Of a stretch of DNA of 64,000 nucleotides, positions 9,476-19,848 are shown piece after piece. Each line of letters starts with the position of its first letter. Positions within the stretch are counted from its first letter, which is position 1. Under the pieces are notes generated by a model. That model was not told the origin of the DNA. It saw nothing but the letters and a program-made list of their open reading frames with translations, and ran no database searches. Source of the stretch: Promethearchaeota archaeon Loki_b32. Its GTDB lineage: Archaea; Asgardarchaeota; Lokiarchaeia; Sigyniarchaeales; SOKP01. Location: contig NJBH01000001.1 in NCBI GenBank assembly GCA_005223125.1, positions 96,001-160,000 on the forward strand, written 5' to 3'. Position numbers and translations under genes: made by a program.

Positions 9476-10903
9476 TTAACTTTGTATTTCAATTGCTTTA
9501 TAATTATCAGTTGATTCTTTTCCACGTTCTATGTAAAAGAATTTGCTTGTTTCAGGGTTGAATTTTTCTTTTAAGATACTAAGTGCTTCTAATCCCTTTT
9601 GAAACTCATCACAAATAAAAAAGTCTATACTTGCATATCCATGTTCTGGCCAAGTGTGAAGTGCTGCGTGGCTAGTTTCTAATATTGCTGCTACACTGTA
9701 GCCAAATGGATGATAATTATGATTATAAATATCAATAACTTTCAGTTTTGCAGAAGTAAGTGAATCTAGAAATGCTTGAAATATAGTTTTATTATCCATG
9801 AGTATCTCTTTAGAAGTAAACCGCATTTCTCCAGTGAAGTGATATCCAATAGGGCGAAAAGTTAATTCTCTCCCATTTTTTAATTCAGAAGTATAGAGAG
9901 GCTGTGATTCATAGGTATAATTAGAGGGCGTGTTTGTAGTTATAACCGATTGTAGATAATAAAGATGGCTAAATTGCCCTATAATACTTGCTCCTGCGTA
10001 ATGGTTAAAATTAGGAAGCATCTCTTTAACAATAAATCCATGATCTAATATTGATAATTGTACTTTTAATGTTTCTTCGGGAGGTTTATTTCCAAAACAT
10101 AAAAAGCATTTTTTACCTATTACTGGATACAGTTTTCCTTTAATAGTAATGTTAGATTTAAGAACTTCTCTAGCTCTTTTTAAAAATAAGCGTAAGCCTT
10201 CATTAGTATAGGGGGGATCCATAACAACAATATCATAATTATTTTGTATTTCTTTAGGACATGGATTCCTTAAATCATGGTGTATAATATTAAAATTTAT
10301 TAATGATTTATCTAATGCTACTTTTGAAAGAAAGTCTAAAATTCGCTCATCGACATCCAAAACAGTGATTTCTTTTGCTAATCCAGTTAAAGCGACTGCG
10401 ATTGACGTTGCATCATCATCACCAAGGAATATAATTTTCCTTCCTTCAATCTCTCCCCTTTTAAGCAAATAAAAAGTACGTTTTAAAATTGTTAGTAAAT
10501 TTGCATGAGATTGATCTAAAGCATATTCTGCTTTTGGACGATCATTTAAATATGTTTGTATTTCCTTTAGATAAGAAAATTCTTGTGGTATCTCGTCTAA
10601 AGTAAAATTAAACGTATTAGGAAAAGGATCGTAATCGAGAACCAAATTTAAATTACTTTCCACCCATTTTTTTCCTTTTTCACCAAGAAATTTTTTATCA
10701 GCTATAATATCTGCTTTAACTAGCTCTCCCCTTGCTGCTGCTAGAGCAGGAATAGCGATTCCAGTTTTTTGAGCTACTTTTTTATTTTTAAGTATGGGAA
10801 AGCGATACATAATTAAAAGAATTGATCTAATTCCTTCCATACCTTCAGCTAATTGTGCTTTACTAGCTATTTTTGTAAGTATTTCTTCGGTTTCTGTATC
10901 CAT
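9476..10903 (-). CDS. bpsA: Fusion of branched-chain polyamine synthase (BpsA/DUF43) and pyruvoyl-dependent S-adenosylmethionine decarboxylase (SpeD-like)
   Basis: BpsA motifs RP.....DQ, IFLGDDD.TS, LDVDERIL, HDLRNP and DPPYT..G..LFL.R. The C-terminal ~125 aa carry G.H, PFGYS...LETSHAALHTWPEHGYASIDFF.C, an AdoMetDC signature. Confidence 0.85.
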   Translation of the reverse strand: MDTETEEILTKIASKAQLAEGMEGIRSILLIMYRFPILKNKKVAQKTGIAIPALAAARGELVKADIIADKKFLGEKGKKWVESNLNLVLDYDPFPNTFNFTLDEIPQEFSYLKEIQTYLNDRPKAEYALDQSHANLLTILKRTFYLLKRGEIEGRKIIFLGDDDATSIAVALTGLAKEITVLDVDERILDFLSKVALDKSLINFNIIHHDLRNPCPKEIQNNYDIVVMDPPYTNEGLRLFLKRAREVLKSNITIKGKLYPVIGKKCFLCFGNKPPEETLKVQLSILDHGFIVKEMLPNFNHYAGASIIGQFSHLYYLQSVITTNTPSNYTYESQPLYTSELKNGRELTFRPIGYHFTGEMRFTSKEILMDNKTIFQAFLDSLTSAKLKVIDIYNHNYHPFGYSVAAILETSHAALHTWPEHGYASIDFFICDEFQKGLEALSILKEKFNPETSKFFYIERGKESTDNYKAIEIQS

Positions 10904-11167
10904 GATCTTATCGTTATAGTATCAAAAACAGCTTTTTTTGATTAACTCTAATAAAATTTAGCATAGAATCGTTAATAATGTTTTCTTTTATTTATTAGCA
11001 CTTTTCACCTATTTTGGTAATTCCATAAATAGCTGGTTAAAGGATAAAAGAATTTAGTTTAGAATTAATAAAATACGAATAAACTTCGCTTGAATTACAA
11101 GATTAAGTTTATAAATTGTACGATCTAATTTATCATAGAATTAAAATCTATTTTAAACAAAAAGAAT

Positions 11168-12001
11168 ATGAATGATTCTAATAATATCGGACATTATGAG
11201 ATTTCCGATTTTCCTAAAGCTAGAATCCCGATTTCAGACTTCCTTGCATTAGGAGATAATAAGCATTATGTGAAAGGATTAATTGAATTTGATGTGACAG
11301 AAGGAAGAAATAAAATTCGAGAACATGAGAAGAATACAGGAGAAAAAATATCTTTTACAGCTTGGCTTTGTAAGTGTATTGGACAAGCAGCAAGTGAATT
11401 CAAGGAAGTCCATTCTATGATGATGGGAAAGAATAAAATTATCAAATTTGATGATGTTGATATTTCTATAACAGTTGAGAAAACTGTTAATGGTAACAAG
11501 TCTCCAATGCCACTTGTTATTAGAAAAACGAATAATAAGACGATTAAACAGATCAATGACGAAGTAAGAGCTGCACAATCTGAAGAAGTAAGTGGAGCAG
11601 CAGTGTTAGGTACTCATGATCTAAAGAAGAAAATGAAATATTATCTTTCTCTCCCAAAATTTATTAGGAAATTTTTGATAAAGCGTAGATTAAAAGATCC
11701 AATTAAAGTCAAACAAATTATGGGAACAATTATCGTTACCTCTGTTGGGATGTTTGGGAACCTTTATGGATGGCTAATTCCTACTACATTTCACCCATTA
11801 GCATTTGGAATAGGCGGAATCACAAAAAAACCAGGAGTTATTGAGGAAAAAATTGAAATTCGGGAATTTTTAGCAATAACAGTTTTATTCAATCATGATG
11901 TTGTTGATGGAGCTCCAGCAACACGATTCATTTCTCGATTGGGAGAATTAATAGAGACAGGGTTTGGACTCCTTAACTTAGAATCTTTTATTTTCTTTTA
12001 A
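11168..12001 (+). CDS. 2-oxoacid dehydrogenase E2-type acyltransferase, catalytic domain only
   Basis: GTIIVTSVGMFG and FNHDVVDGAPA.RF motifs; no lipoyl domain. Confidence 0.85.
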   Translation: MNDSNNIGHYEISDFPKARIPISDFLALGDNKHYVKGLIEFDVTEGRNKIREHEKNTGEKISFTAWLCKCIGQAASEFKEVHSMMMGKNKIIKFDDVDISITVEKTVNGNKSPMPLVIRKTNNKTIKQINDEVRAAQSEEVSGAAVLGTHDLKKKMKYYLSLPKFIRKFLIKRRLKDPIKVKQIMGTIIVTSVGMFGNLYGWLIPTTFHPLAFGIGGITKKPGVIEEKIEIREFLAITVLFNHDVVDGAPATRFISRLGELIETGFGLLNLESFIFF

Positions 12002-12050
12002 TCCCTTTGAATTACTGAAGGGTTTCTAAAAAAATTGGAATTTTATTCTA

Positions 12051-13049
12051 TCAAAAATCAATATCTTGCCCTATTCCATCTTTTAATGCACGGTCGTAAA
12101 CTAATTTTCCAACAGCGACGTCTTGTGCACTTATTCCAACAGATTTAAAAATTGTAATTTCTGAATCTGATGTACGTCCTGAGATATTTCCATTAATTAT
12201 TCCTCCTATTGAAATTATATCGTTTTCCCTTATAACTCCTTCATTAATAGGGATTATATAATCACCAGCTTCCGCCAGACAAGCTTCTTTCAATCCTGCT
12301 GTAAGCAATGAAGCTCTTTTAATTATGACAGAATCCAATTCGCGAGCTTCTGGTGCATGGGCCCCTATAGATGAGATATGAGTTCCCTCAGATACTTTGT
12401 CTCCCGAAAATAAAGGTGTGGTACTAGTAGTTGCTGCTACAATTATATCTGTGTCCGTAAGAAGATCATCTCCTGAATTTACAATTTCAATTTCAATCCC
12501 TAATTCATTTTCCAGTTCTTTTTTGAAACCGTCAGCAACCTCTTTCTTCAAGTCATATACTTTGCATTTTTCTAATTTTTCATTTAATCCCCAAAAGACA
12601 GCAGATACTTGCTTTCTTGCTTGAACTCCCGCACTATAAATACCCATTGTAGTACTATTTTTTCTAGCTAGATATTTAACTGAAACACCCGTAGCTGCCC
12701 CAGTTCTCATAGCAGTTATTAAACTTCCATCCATAATTCCAACGATGTCACCAGTGTTGATATCTTGAACCATTACTTTCGCTAAAACTGTAGGCATATT
12801 ATACCTATCGGGATTTTGTTTATAGACGGATACGATTTTAGTAGCTAGAGCATTCATTTCCCCTCCAATTATACCAGGCATTATTAAGGTTAACCCGGGG
12901 GCAGGATCTGTTATTGCTATTCGTTGAGGGACTAATGCGTTTCCTAAAGATAATTGTTTGTAAGCTTCTTCTACGTATTCTAAAGCATCTGGCATAGTTA
13001 ATAGCTGAGTGACATTTTCTTTTGTTAATATTCTTACCATTTTTACCAA
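12051..13049 (-). CDS. Ornithine cyclodeaminase / mu-crystallin family protein (possibly archaeal-type alanine dehydrogenase)
   Basis: MPG...K.VSVY..N, ITAMRTGAA, ATTSTTP, HISSIGA, FKSVG.SAQD. Confidence 0.9.
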   Translation of the reverse strand: MVKMVRILTKENVTQLLTMPDALEYVEEAYKQLSLGNALVPQRIAITDPAPGLTLIMPGIIGGEMNALATKIVSVYKQNPDRYNMPTVLAKVMVQDINTGDIVGIMDGSLITAMRTGAATGVSVKYLARKNSTTMGIYSAGVQARKQVSAVFWGLNEKLEKCKVYDLKKEVADGFKKELENELGIEIEIVNSGDDLLTDTDIIVAATTSTTPLFSGDKVSEGTHISSIGAHAPEARELDSVIIKRASLLTAGLKEACLAEAGDYIIPINEGVIRENDIISIGGIINGNISGRTSDSEITIFKSVGISAQDVAVGKLVYDRALKDGIGQDIDF

Positions 13050-13162
13050 TTCAGCTCTAATTTAAAATATACTAATATTTTATATATAAAATTATGAATT
13101 TCAAATGAATTTAAATATAAATATATTGTAAGAAAGAAGAAGAATAAACCACAAATTTTAAG

Positions 13163-13540
13163 ATGCCTGACTTTGAGAATATAATGAAAAACAATGAGCT
13201 TTCAGAGGTAACTGCTAATTTCTTTGTATTATATAAAGATGAAGAGACTTGGTTTAATGGTTGGGTTTCATTAGAGCCTTCTCTTGAAGAATTCATTTCT
13301 ACAATTCGAGACGAGATTGAATATTCATGGGATTTAGAAAATATTGATATAGAAGATTATTTAATTTTCCATATTGATATTGAGGATAAAAATAACATGA
13401 AAGAAATAAAAGAAGATCAATATTATCAATGGGTTATGCAATTTGAAGAGATTTTCATTGTAGTTTTACATAAAGATATAAAGTATCGAATAATAGAAAA
13501 TATCCCACCTGTATTCGAATGGTTTATGGGGACAATATAA
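13163..13540 (+). CDS. Hypothetical acidic protein
   Basis: 125-aa ORF with normal composition, co-oriented 15 nt upstream of the methyltransferase. Confidence 0.6.
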   Translation: MPDFENIMKNNELSEVTANFFVLYKDEETWFNGWVSLEPSLEEFISTIRDEIEYSWDLENIDIEDYLIFHIDIEDKNNMKEIKEDQYYQWVMQFEEIFIVVLHKDIKYRIIENIPPVFEWFMGTI

Positions 13541-13555
13541 AATGAGGTTGTAATT

Positions 13556-14302
13556 TTGAATTCATTGTATATTCTCTTAATAATTATCGGAATTAATATG
13601 GTAATAATTCTCATCTATAGCTTACCTCGAAAGAAGAATTTAAGAGAACCGAGTATGGAAGGTCTTGATAGTCCAGAGGTTGCAGCAGCATTCGAAAAAG
13701 TGACAAATTTATTACCATTTAAACTCTTACATAGAAAAGTGTTATCTCAATTAAAACTATATAACCTTAAGGATAGTTTACTTGATGTAGGTTGCGGTCC
13801 CGGGAATTTAATTATTCAAGTTGCTAAGAAATATCCAAGTCTAGATTTAATTGGAGTTGACTTATCATCTGAAATTCTTGAATTAGCTAAGAAGAAAGCA
13901 GTTGAAAATAACTTAAATGAGAAAATTGTTTTTAAAATAGGATCTGTGGAAAGTTTGCCCTTTCCAGATAAATCAGTTGATTTTATACTTAGTACACTTT
14001 CTCTTCATCATTGGGAAGACCCTAAACAAGCTTTTGAAGAAATATTTCGTGTATTGACAGATGGGGGTGTTTTATTGATTTTTGATTTTCGTAGAGATGC
14101 AAGAAAATTTTTCTATGGATTGTTAAAATTTGCCACGAAAGTTGTGGTGCCAAAAGCTTTAAAAAAAATTAATGAACCATCAGGTTCTCTTAAAGCTGGC
14201 TATGTTTTTTCGGAAATAAGCCAAATAATTTCTCAGACTTCTTTTAGTAATGTGTATATTAAGCCATATCTGGCATGGATGTTTATTAAATTGGATAAAT
14301 AA
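13556..14302 (+). CDS. Class I SAM-dependent methyltransferase with N-terminal membrane anchor
   Basis: LLDVGCGPG, GVDLS, SLPFPDKSVD, SLHHW; GAGG SD before a TTG start. Confidence 0.9.
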   Translation: MNSLYILLIIIGINMVIILIYSLPRKKNLREPSMEGLDSPEVAAAFEKVTNLLPFKLLHRKVLSQLKLYNLKDSLLDVGCGPGNLIIQVAKKYPSLDLIGVDLSSEILELAKKKAVENNLNEKIVFKIGSVESLPFPDKSVDFILSTLSLHHWEDPKQAFEEIFRVLTDGGVLLIFDFRRDARKFFYGLLKFATKVVVPKALKKINEPSGSLKAGYVFSEISQIISQTSFSNVYIKPYLAWMFIKLDK

Positions 14303-14329
14303 AGGGGAATATATAAGGAGTAAACTATA

Positions 14330-14845
14330 CTATAAGCGTTTGTAAATGTGTGAGACCAATTTTAAAAAAAACTCCTGTACACCGGTACCTATTTTTGCAC
14401 TCGTTTCATAATAAGCACAAGCATTCAACTGTTTTTTAATGTTTTCCGAATCTTCATCTTGAATTATTTTATTATCTTTATTTATTAAATCAAGTTTATT
14501 TCCAACAAGTACACTAGAATAATTAGTTAATACTTTTTCTATTTCATTTTTCCAGTTAATTAGATCTTCAAAAGTATTCCTTCTTGTCAAATCAAAAACA
14601 TATACTATTCCCTTGGCACCCTTATAAAATTCGTGTCTAACCCATTTAAAGTGTTCTTGACCCGCCAAATCCCATATCTGTAATATAATTGGATTTCTAA
14701 CATTAGAAATTTTAATATGCTTTACAAAAAAATTAGAACCTATCGTAGAACCTACATTTGGGGTAAATCGCCTTTCCAAATATTGGTGAAGTAATGTAGT
14801 TTTACCTACTCCAAAATTACCAACGATACAAATTTTATAAAGCAC
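14330..14845 (-). CDS. Rab-like small GTPase (eukaryotic signature protein)
   Basis: G1 GNFGVGKT, G2 STIG, G3 WDLAGQE, G4 NKLD, G5 ETSAK; no C-terminal Cys prenylation motif. Confidence 0.92.
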   Translation of the reverse strand: MLYKICIVGNFGVGKTTLLHQYLERRFTPNVGSTIGSNFFVKHIKISNVRNPIILQIWDLAGQEHFKWVRHEFYKGAKGIVYVFDLTRRNTFEDLINWKNEIEKVLTNYSSVLVGNKLDLINKDNKIIQDEDSENIKKQLNACAYYETSAKIGTGVQEFFLKLVSHIYKRL

Positions 14846-15085
14846 TCTTGAACCCTTGTCTAAAAGAAAAATAGATTTTTCTTAATATTATTATGATATA
14901 AGTCTTATAATTATATATGTTTAATTAAACCAAAAAATAAAGATATATTACATATTTGAGTAATCTCTGAGCAAATTATTATTAAAGAAATAACTTAATT
15001 ACTTTAGAATAATCAGTGGTAAATATAAGCAAGGTTTCTTTTTTTTTATATAATTCATTTTCATTAAAATTCAAAATGCATAAAA

Positions 15086-15765
15086 TTGAATTTATCTTTT
15101 GAAATTAAAGTTATTTTTGATGATAAATGCCCTAAACCGGGATTTTTATCGGGTTTTGGTTTTTCTGCCTTGGTATATAATTATTTTACTGATAACTTTT
15201 CCTTGTTTGATACTGGTGGAAATGCTAATATTTTAATCCATAATATCAATGAATTCAATGTTGATATTTCAGCTATCAAGAATGTTATAATTTCTCACAA
15301 TCACCATGATCATGCTGGAGGTTTAGATATATATTTCAAATTAATCCGAATATTGAGATTTATGTTCCAATAGATAATTTAAAATCGTTTTCTAGGATAT
15401 TTCCGAATAAGCAAGTTCATGGTGTTTCAGATATGATAGAAATTGAAAAAAATCTAATAATTTCAGGTCAAGTTAATGGAAGCTTTATATCAGAACAATC
15501 TGTTTTTCTAAAAACTAAAAATAATGAAATAATTATATTAGTGGGGTGTGCTCATCCAAGTTTAGAAAAATTTATTATGAAAGCTCAAAAGATTACTGGT
15601 ATTAGAGCTGTAATTGGGGGATTTCATGGTTTTAAAAAATTATCCTATTTAAAAGATATTGATTTTATAGGGGCTTGTCATTGTTCGAAATACTATAATT
15701 TAATAAAAGAAACGTTTCCAAGGCAATATAAACGTATTTGTCTTGGAGATAATTATATCTTCTAA
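15086..15765 (+). pseudogene. MBL-fold metallo-hydrolase split by a frameshift (ORFs 15086..15373 and 15433..15765)
   Basis: The first ORF has GFS, FDTG and SHNHHDHAGGL; the second has GCAHP, IGGFH and CHC. The downstream frame continues seamlessly (IFQINPNIEIYVP...) from an (AT)4 run at 15327-15334. Confidence 0.8.
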
Positions 15766-16118
15766 AAGCATTAAAATTAACATTAATATCAATTTTTTAA
15801 ATTTGAATATAATTTTTTTGAATAAAACCAATCTATGAATCTCTTAAGGTTAAAGAGTTATATCTTTTTTTTCTATTACTGTTTATTGAATCAAGAGCTT
15901 TTAATTTTGAATTAGAAATCTTAAAATTAAAATAAAAATAAAAGATTAATGATTAAATATAAAGATTATTAATTTAAGGTTTTTAGCTTATTATTTCCCA
16001 TAATTTTCCTTCAACATACATATTTTAAAAAGTATTTTTAGATAAATTAGGGATGACTAAAAAATTTATATAATAATTAAACCTAATACATTTAATAAGA
16101 AAATTAAGGTGAATAAGT

Positions 16119-16679
16119 ATGGAATTATTTCCTGCCTTATCAATAGGATGGTTAAATGGTTGGCTTCCTCTTGTGATTTATGTTTCAATAAAAATTATTA
16201 TAACATCTACCTGCCCAAAAGAAGTAAAAACAAGGTTAATTGATAGAAAAGGATGGACAAAAACACAAATAGTTATGACAACAATAGGTAAATCATTTAC
16301 TCTTATAAATATTATTTTATTATTTCTTTCACCATTAAAATTTGGTTCTGTTGAATTTATTATTGGGATTATTTTATATTTTATAGGAATAATAGCTTTG
16401 AGCATTGCTATAATTAATTTTAAAAATGCACCTTTAGGAAAACCAATCACTACCGGATTTTATAAAATATCCCGCAATCCACAATTATTTAGTATTTATA
16501 TTCTTTTTCTTGGACATATACTTATGATTGGGTCATGGATATCGCTAATTATACTTCTAATTTCGATTTTTGGCTCATATTATAGTATTTTAGGAGAAGA
16601 AAAAAGACTTAATGAACGATATGGCGATTCATATTTAGAATACAAGGAAAAAGTTCCACGATATTTTATATTTTTTTAG
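16119..16679 (+). CDS. Isoprenylcysteine carboxyl methyltransferase / PEMT family membrane protein
   Basis: ITTGFYKISRNPQ and EEKRL.ERYGDSY.EY...VPRY. Confidence 0.85.
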   Translation: MELFPALSIGWLNGWLPLVIYVSIKIIITSTCPKEVKTRLIDRKGWTKTQIVMTTIGKSFTLINIILLFLSPLKFGSVEFIIGIILYFIGIIALSIAIINFKNAPLGKPITTGFYKISRNPQLFSIYILFLGHILMIGSWISLIILLISIFGSYYSILGEEKRLNERYGDSYLEYKEKVPRYFIFF

Positions 16680-16852
16680 AATATACAGATTATAAACAAT
16701 GTGATTAAAATTGGTGAATTAAAATAATAGAAGCAATATACATAAAATCTTTTTTTATATTTAGCCCAATTTGGTTTTGGAGTATTTTATTTATCAGTTT
16801 AATCTTACCATTAGTAATAACAATATTAATATAAAAATGAGGATATGAAATT

Positions 16853-16918
16853 TTGAAGATATTAATTTATGGAGCAGGCGTATTAGGCAGTCTTTATGTG
16901 GCAAAATTTGCCGCATAA
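16853..16918 (+). pseudogene. N-terminal remnant of a ketopantoate reductase-like Rossmann protein
   Basis: TTG-started MKILIYGAGVLGSLYVAKFAA-stop, with a GxGxxG dinucleotide-binding motif and an upstream GAGG. Confidence 0.55.
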
Positions 16919-16941
16919 TTGATCAAATCATAAAATTCTTT

Positions 16942-17160
16942 TTAGTAACGTTTTTTCATCCAAATAATATACTGGATTCTTGTACATAGTAAAATTCCCG
17001 CAAGGAGTAATGCAATACCTATAGCCATTAATAATGGAGAAGCTGTTTCTGGTGAATCTACATAACTTACAGTCCAAAAAACAAGTAAAATTATTGCTAT
17101 AAGTATTATTAACAAAGAAATATTTCTAATCTTTTCATCTAATTTATCTAATTCTTTCAT
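16942..17160 (-). CDS. Small two-TM membrane protein
   Basis: 72 aa with two hydrophobic helices. Confidence 0.6.
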   Translation of the reverse strand: MKELDKLDEKIRNISLLIILIAIILLVFWTVSYVDSPETASPLLMAIGIALLLAGILLCTRIQYIIWMKKRY

Positions 17161-17280
17161 TTTCCTATAATTAGGGATAAAATATTTTCATTTAATATTC
17201 ATATTAAACCTAATATATTTATTAAAGAGAAAGAAAATATTTACATTCCATATTTATTTTACATTTATTTAAAGGAAAAG

Positions 17281-19344
17281 ATGAATAAGCAGAAGGAAGG
17301 AACAGTATATACACCTGAGAAAATAACTAATTATATTTCGAAGGCTACAATTGAAAAATATCTATTAGAAAAAATAAATAATAAATTCAAAACTAATATT
17401 CAGAGTTCTAATAAATTATTTGAAAAATATATTCAAAAAGAGAATAATGGACAAGTTTTCATAGATTTTTTTATTCCTAAGCGAGAAAAAGAGCAATTTG
17501 AATATATTTTTAAAGTTTTAAAGGATATAACAGTTTTAGATCCAGCTGTAGGAAGCGGACACTTTTTAATCGCCGTGTTAAAAATCATAGAACAATATTA
17601 TTTTAACTTAAGAAGCTTAGGAATAATAAATTGGTCAAATTACAAAATAAAAGAACATATTATATCAAATAATTTATTTGGAGTCGATATCGAGAATGAA
17701 GTTATTGAAATTACAAAACATAGGTTAATTTCAATGCTTTCAGATTTAATAAATAATCTGAGTGATCATAAGAAGTTACCAAATATTAATTCAAATTATA
17801 GAGTTGGTAATGCGATAATTGGTTTTATAAGACAATCAGAAATTACAAATCCCTTATATACAAACTTAATTGATTGCTTTTATGAAGAGATCAAAAGTGT
17901 ATTTCAGACTCATAAGGATTTAAGGAAGATTAAGCTAACAGAAAAAGAAAAGAAAGCAATGCTATTGAGTTTAAAGCCCTTTCATTGGTTTTATGAATTT
18001 CCAGAAGTTATTTTAAAAGGGGGTTTTGATGTTATCATTGAAAATCCACCATATATTTCAAATAAACAATTAAGTCCTCTCGAGAAGGCAATATATCAAA
18101 AAAGGTTCAAGACCCCAAAGGGTTTATTGAATACATTTGGAATCTTTATTGAACGTTCTATTAAATTGTGTCATTCGGATTCAAAGATAAGCTATATTGT
18201 TCACAAAAACATAATTCGTTCAAATAATTATGACTTACTAAGAAAATACCTATTGGAGAATACTAAAATTGAAGAAATCACTGACTTAGGTGCTGGAGCT
18301 TTTGAATTTGTGACTGCTGAGACTGTAATTATAATAATAACGGCAAGAGCACCTCCAGAAGATCATAAAATATTAATAAAAGCTAAATTTCCTGAACAAA
18401 GATGTTTTACACCCCAAGAATTATCTATAAAGCACATACTTCAGAAGACATTTTTAGAACAAGATAATTATAATATCAATTTAAACCTCCAAAATGAGGA
18501 ACTTGAAATCATTAATTATATTAAAGAGAATAAGGATTGTGAATTAAAGAAATATTTTGAAGCAAAAACTTGTATAGCTACTGGAGATGATGAGAAATTC
18601 TTAGCAGATCATAAAGTTAATAATTCCTTTAAAAAAACGCTTAGAGGTAAAAATATTGGGCGCTTTTTCATAGATTTTAATGAATTGTATGTTAATTATG
18701 AGAAAAAAGCACTCCATAGGGCAAGAGATGAAAAAATTTTCCAAAAGCCTGAGAAACTAATCATGCAAACAATTGCAAATAATTTAACTGTAGCATATGA
18801 CAATAAAAATTATTATCCTTTAAGTACATGTATCGCTATCATACCCAAAGATGATTTAGATAATAAATTTAGTATAAAATATCTTCTCCTGTTAATGAAT
18901 TCAAAATTAATGAATTTCTATTATGATTTTGTATTTAATTTAGGTGCACATCTAACAACAGAGATTTCTGTTAATAATATCAATCGATTACCACTCAATT
19001 CACTTGATAATTATGCAGATTTTAGCATTCTGGCGGATGTTATGAACCGTATGAATGATAGTGAGATTAATAGAGAAGAAAACAAAGATTATATAGAATT
19101 TTTAAGTGAATTAATAAATCTCTTAATTAATGAAATTGTATTTTTTGATAAATTCCAATTAGATGGATTAAATACAGATTTAATACACCTTATATCCCAT
19201 TATATCTCAAATGTAAAGCTTCATTCAATTGATCAGATTCAGGAATGTATTAAAAATATGCAAAATGATGAAAATATAAAAATCGAAACAAATTATATTA
19301 AAAAGCATCCATGGGTTAAAATAATTGAAGAATATTTTAGATAA
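17281..19344 (+). CDS. N6-adenine DNA methyltransferase, Eco57I/TaqI-like (gamma class) with C-terminal target-recognition domain
   Basis: G.VYTP, VLDPAVGSGHFL, NNLFGVDI, FHWFYEFPEV and GGFDVIIENPPY. The C-terminal region (LRGKNIGR, LLLMNSKL..FYY) is TaqI-C-like. Confidence 0.9.
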   Translation: MNKQKEGTVYTPEKITNYISKATIEKYLLEKINNKFKTNIQSSNKLFEKYIQKENNGQVFIDFFIPKREKEQFEYIFKVLKDITVLDPAVGSGHFLIAVLKIIEQYYFNLRSLGIINWSNYKIKEHIISNNLFGVDIENEVIEITKHRLISMLSDLINNLSDHKKLPNINSNYRVGNAIIGFIRQSEITNPLYTNLIDCFYEEIKSVFQTHKDLRKIKLTEKEKKAMLLSLKPFHWFYEFPEVILKGGFDVIIENPPYISNKQLSPLEKAIYQKRFKTPKGLLNTFGIFIERSIKLCHSDSKISYIVHKNIIRSNNYDLLRKYLLENTKIEEITDLGAGAFEFVTAETVIIIITARAPPEDHKILIKAKFPEQRCFTPQELSIKHILQKTFLEQDNYNINLNLQNEELEIINYIKENKDCELKKYFEAKTCIATGDDEKFLADHKVNNSFKKTLRGKNIGRFFIDFNELYVNYEKKALHRARDEKIFQKPEKLIMQTIANNLTVAYDNKNYYPLSTCIAIIPKDDLDNKFSIKYLLLLMNSKLMNFYYDFVFNLGAHLTTEISVNNINRLPLNSLDNYADFSILADVMNRMNDSEINREENKDYIEFLSELINLLINEIVFFDKFQLDGLNTDLIHLISHYISNVKLHSIDQIQECIKNMQNDENIKIETNYIKKHPWVKIIEEYFR

Positions 19345-19394
19345 AAAAAATTAAAAAAAAAATTTTGTTTAAAAATATAATATATCCTCGTTAA

Positions 19395-19700
19395 TTACAA
19401 ACTTTTTCCTGATACCTTAACCGCATCTCTCATTGACAATGCTGTCTCAATTTTCATTGCAAAGCCTTCTATCTTCCAGAATGGAGCAAATAATTTTCCA
19501 ATTTCGATTAGGGCTTCATCTGCATTTCCTTTTTCTACCATTATAATATTATAACCCTTTATTCCACGATTTTCGTCAGGAAGTGCAAATGTTTGCCACT
19601 TCTTTACAATAGATGGAATTTTGCCTTTAACCTCTTGAAATATTTTGAACCATTCATCTACTTTATTATATGGGGTCCATTGGGTTGTTATAAAAATCAT
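19395..19700 (-). CDS. Hypothetical protein (small alpha/beta)
   Basis: 101-aa ORF with GAGGTG SD and an A-rich (minus-strand T-rich) tract downstream. Confidence 0.7.
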   Translation of the reverse strand: MIFITTQWTPYNKVDEWFKIFQEVKGKIPSIVKKWQTFALPDENRGIKGYNIIMVEKGNADEALIEIGKLFAPFWKIEGFAMKIETALSMRDAVKVSGKSL

Positions 19701-19848
19701 TTAAGTTTCACCTCTCTAATTCTATTTATTAAAATCTTTTAGATTAAAAACAAGAAATATTGTTATCAAAATATATTTAAATTTTTACTTTTTTGTAGCT
19801 AAAGCTAGAAATTCATATTAGAAATTGTTAATTTGATAGAATTATAAA

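Noticed and set aside
15086-15765. Selenocysteine/pyrrolysine read-through explaining the split gene
   Set aside because: The two parts are in different frames, so stop-codon read-through would not join them.
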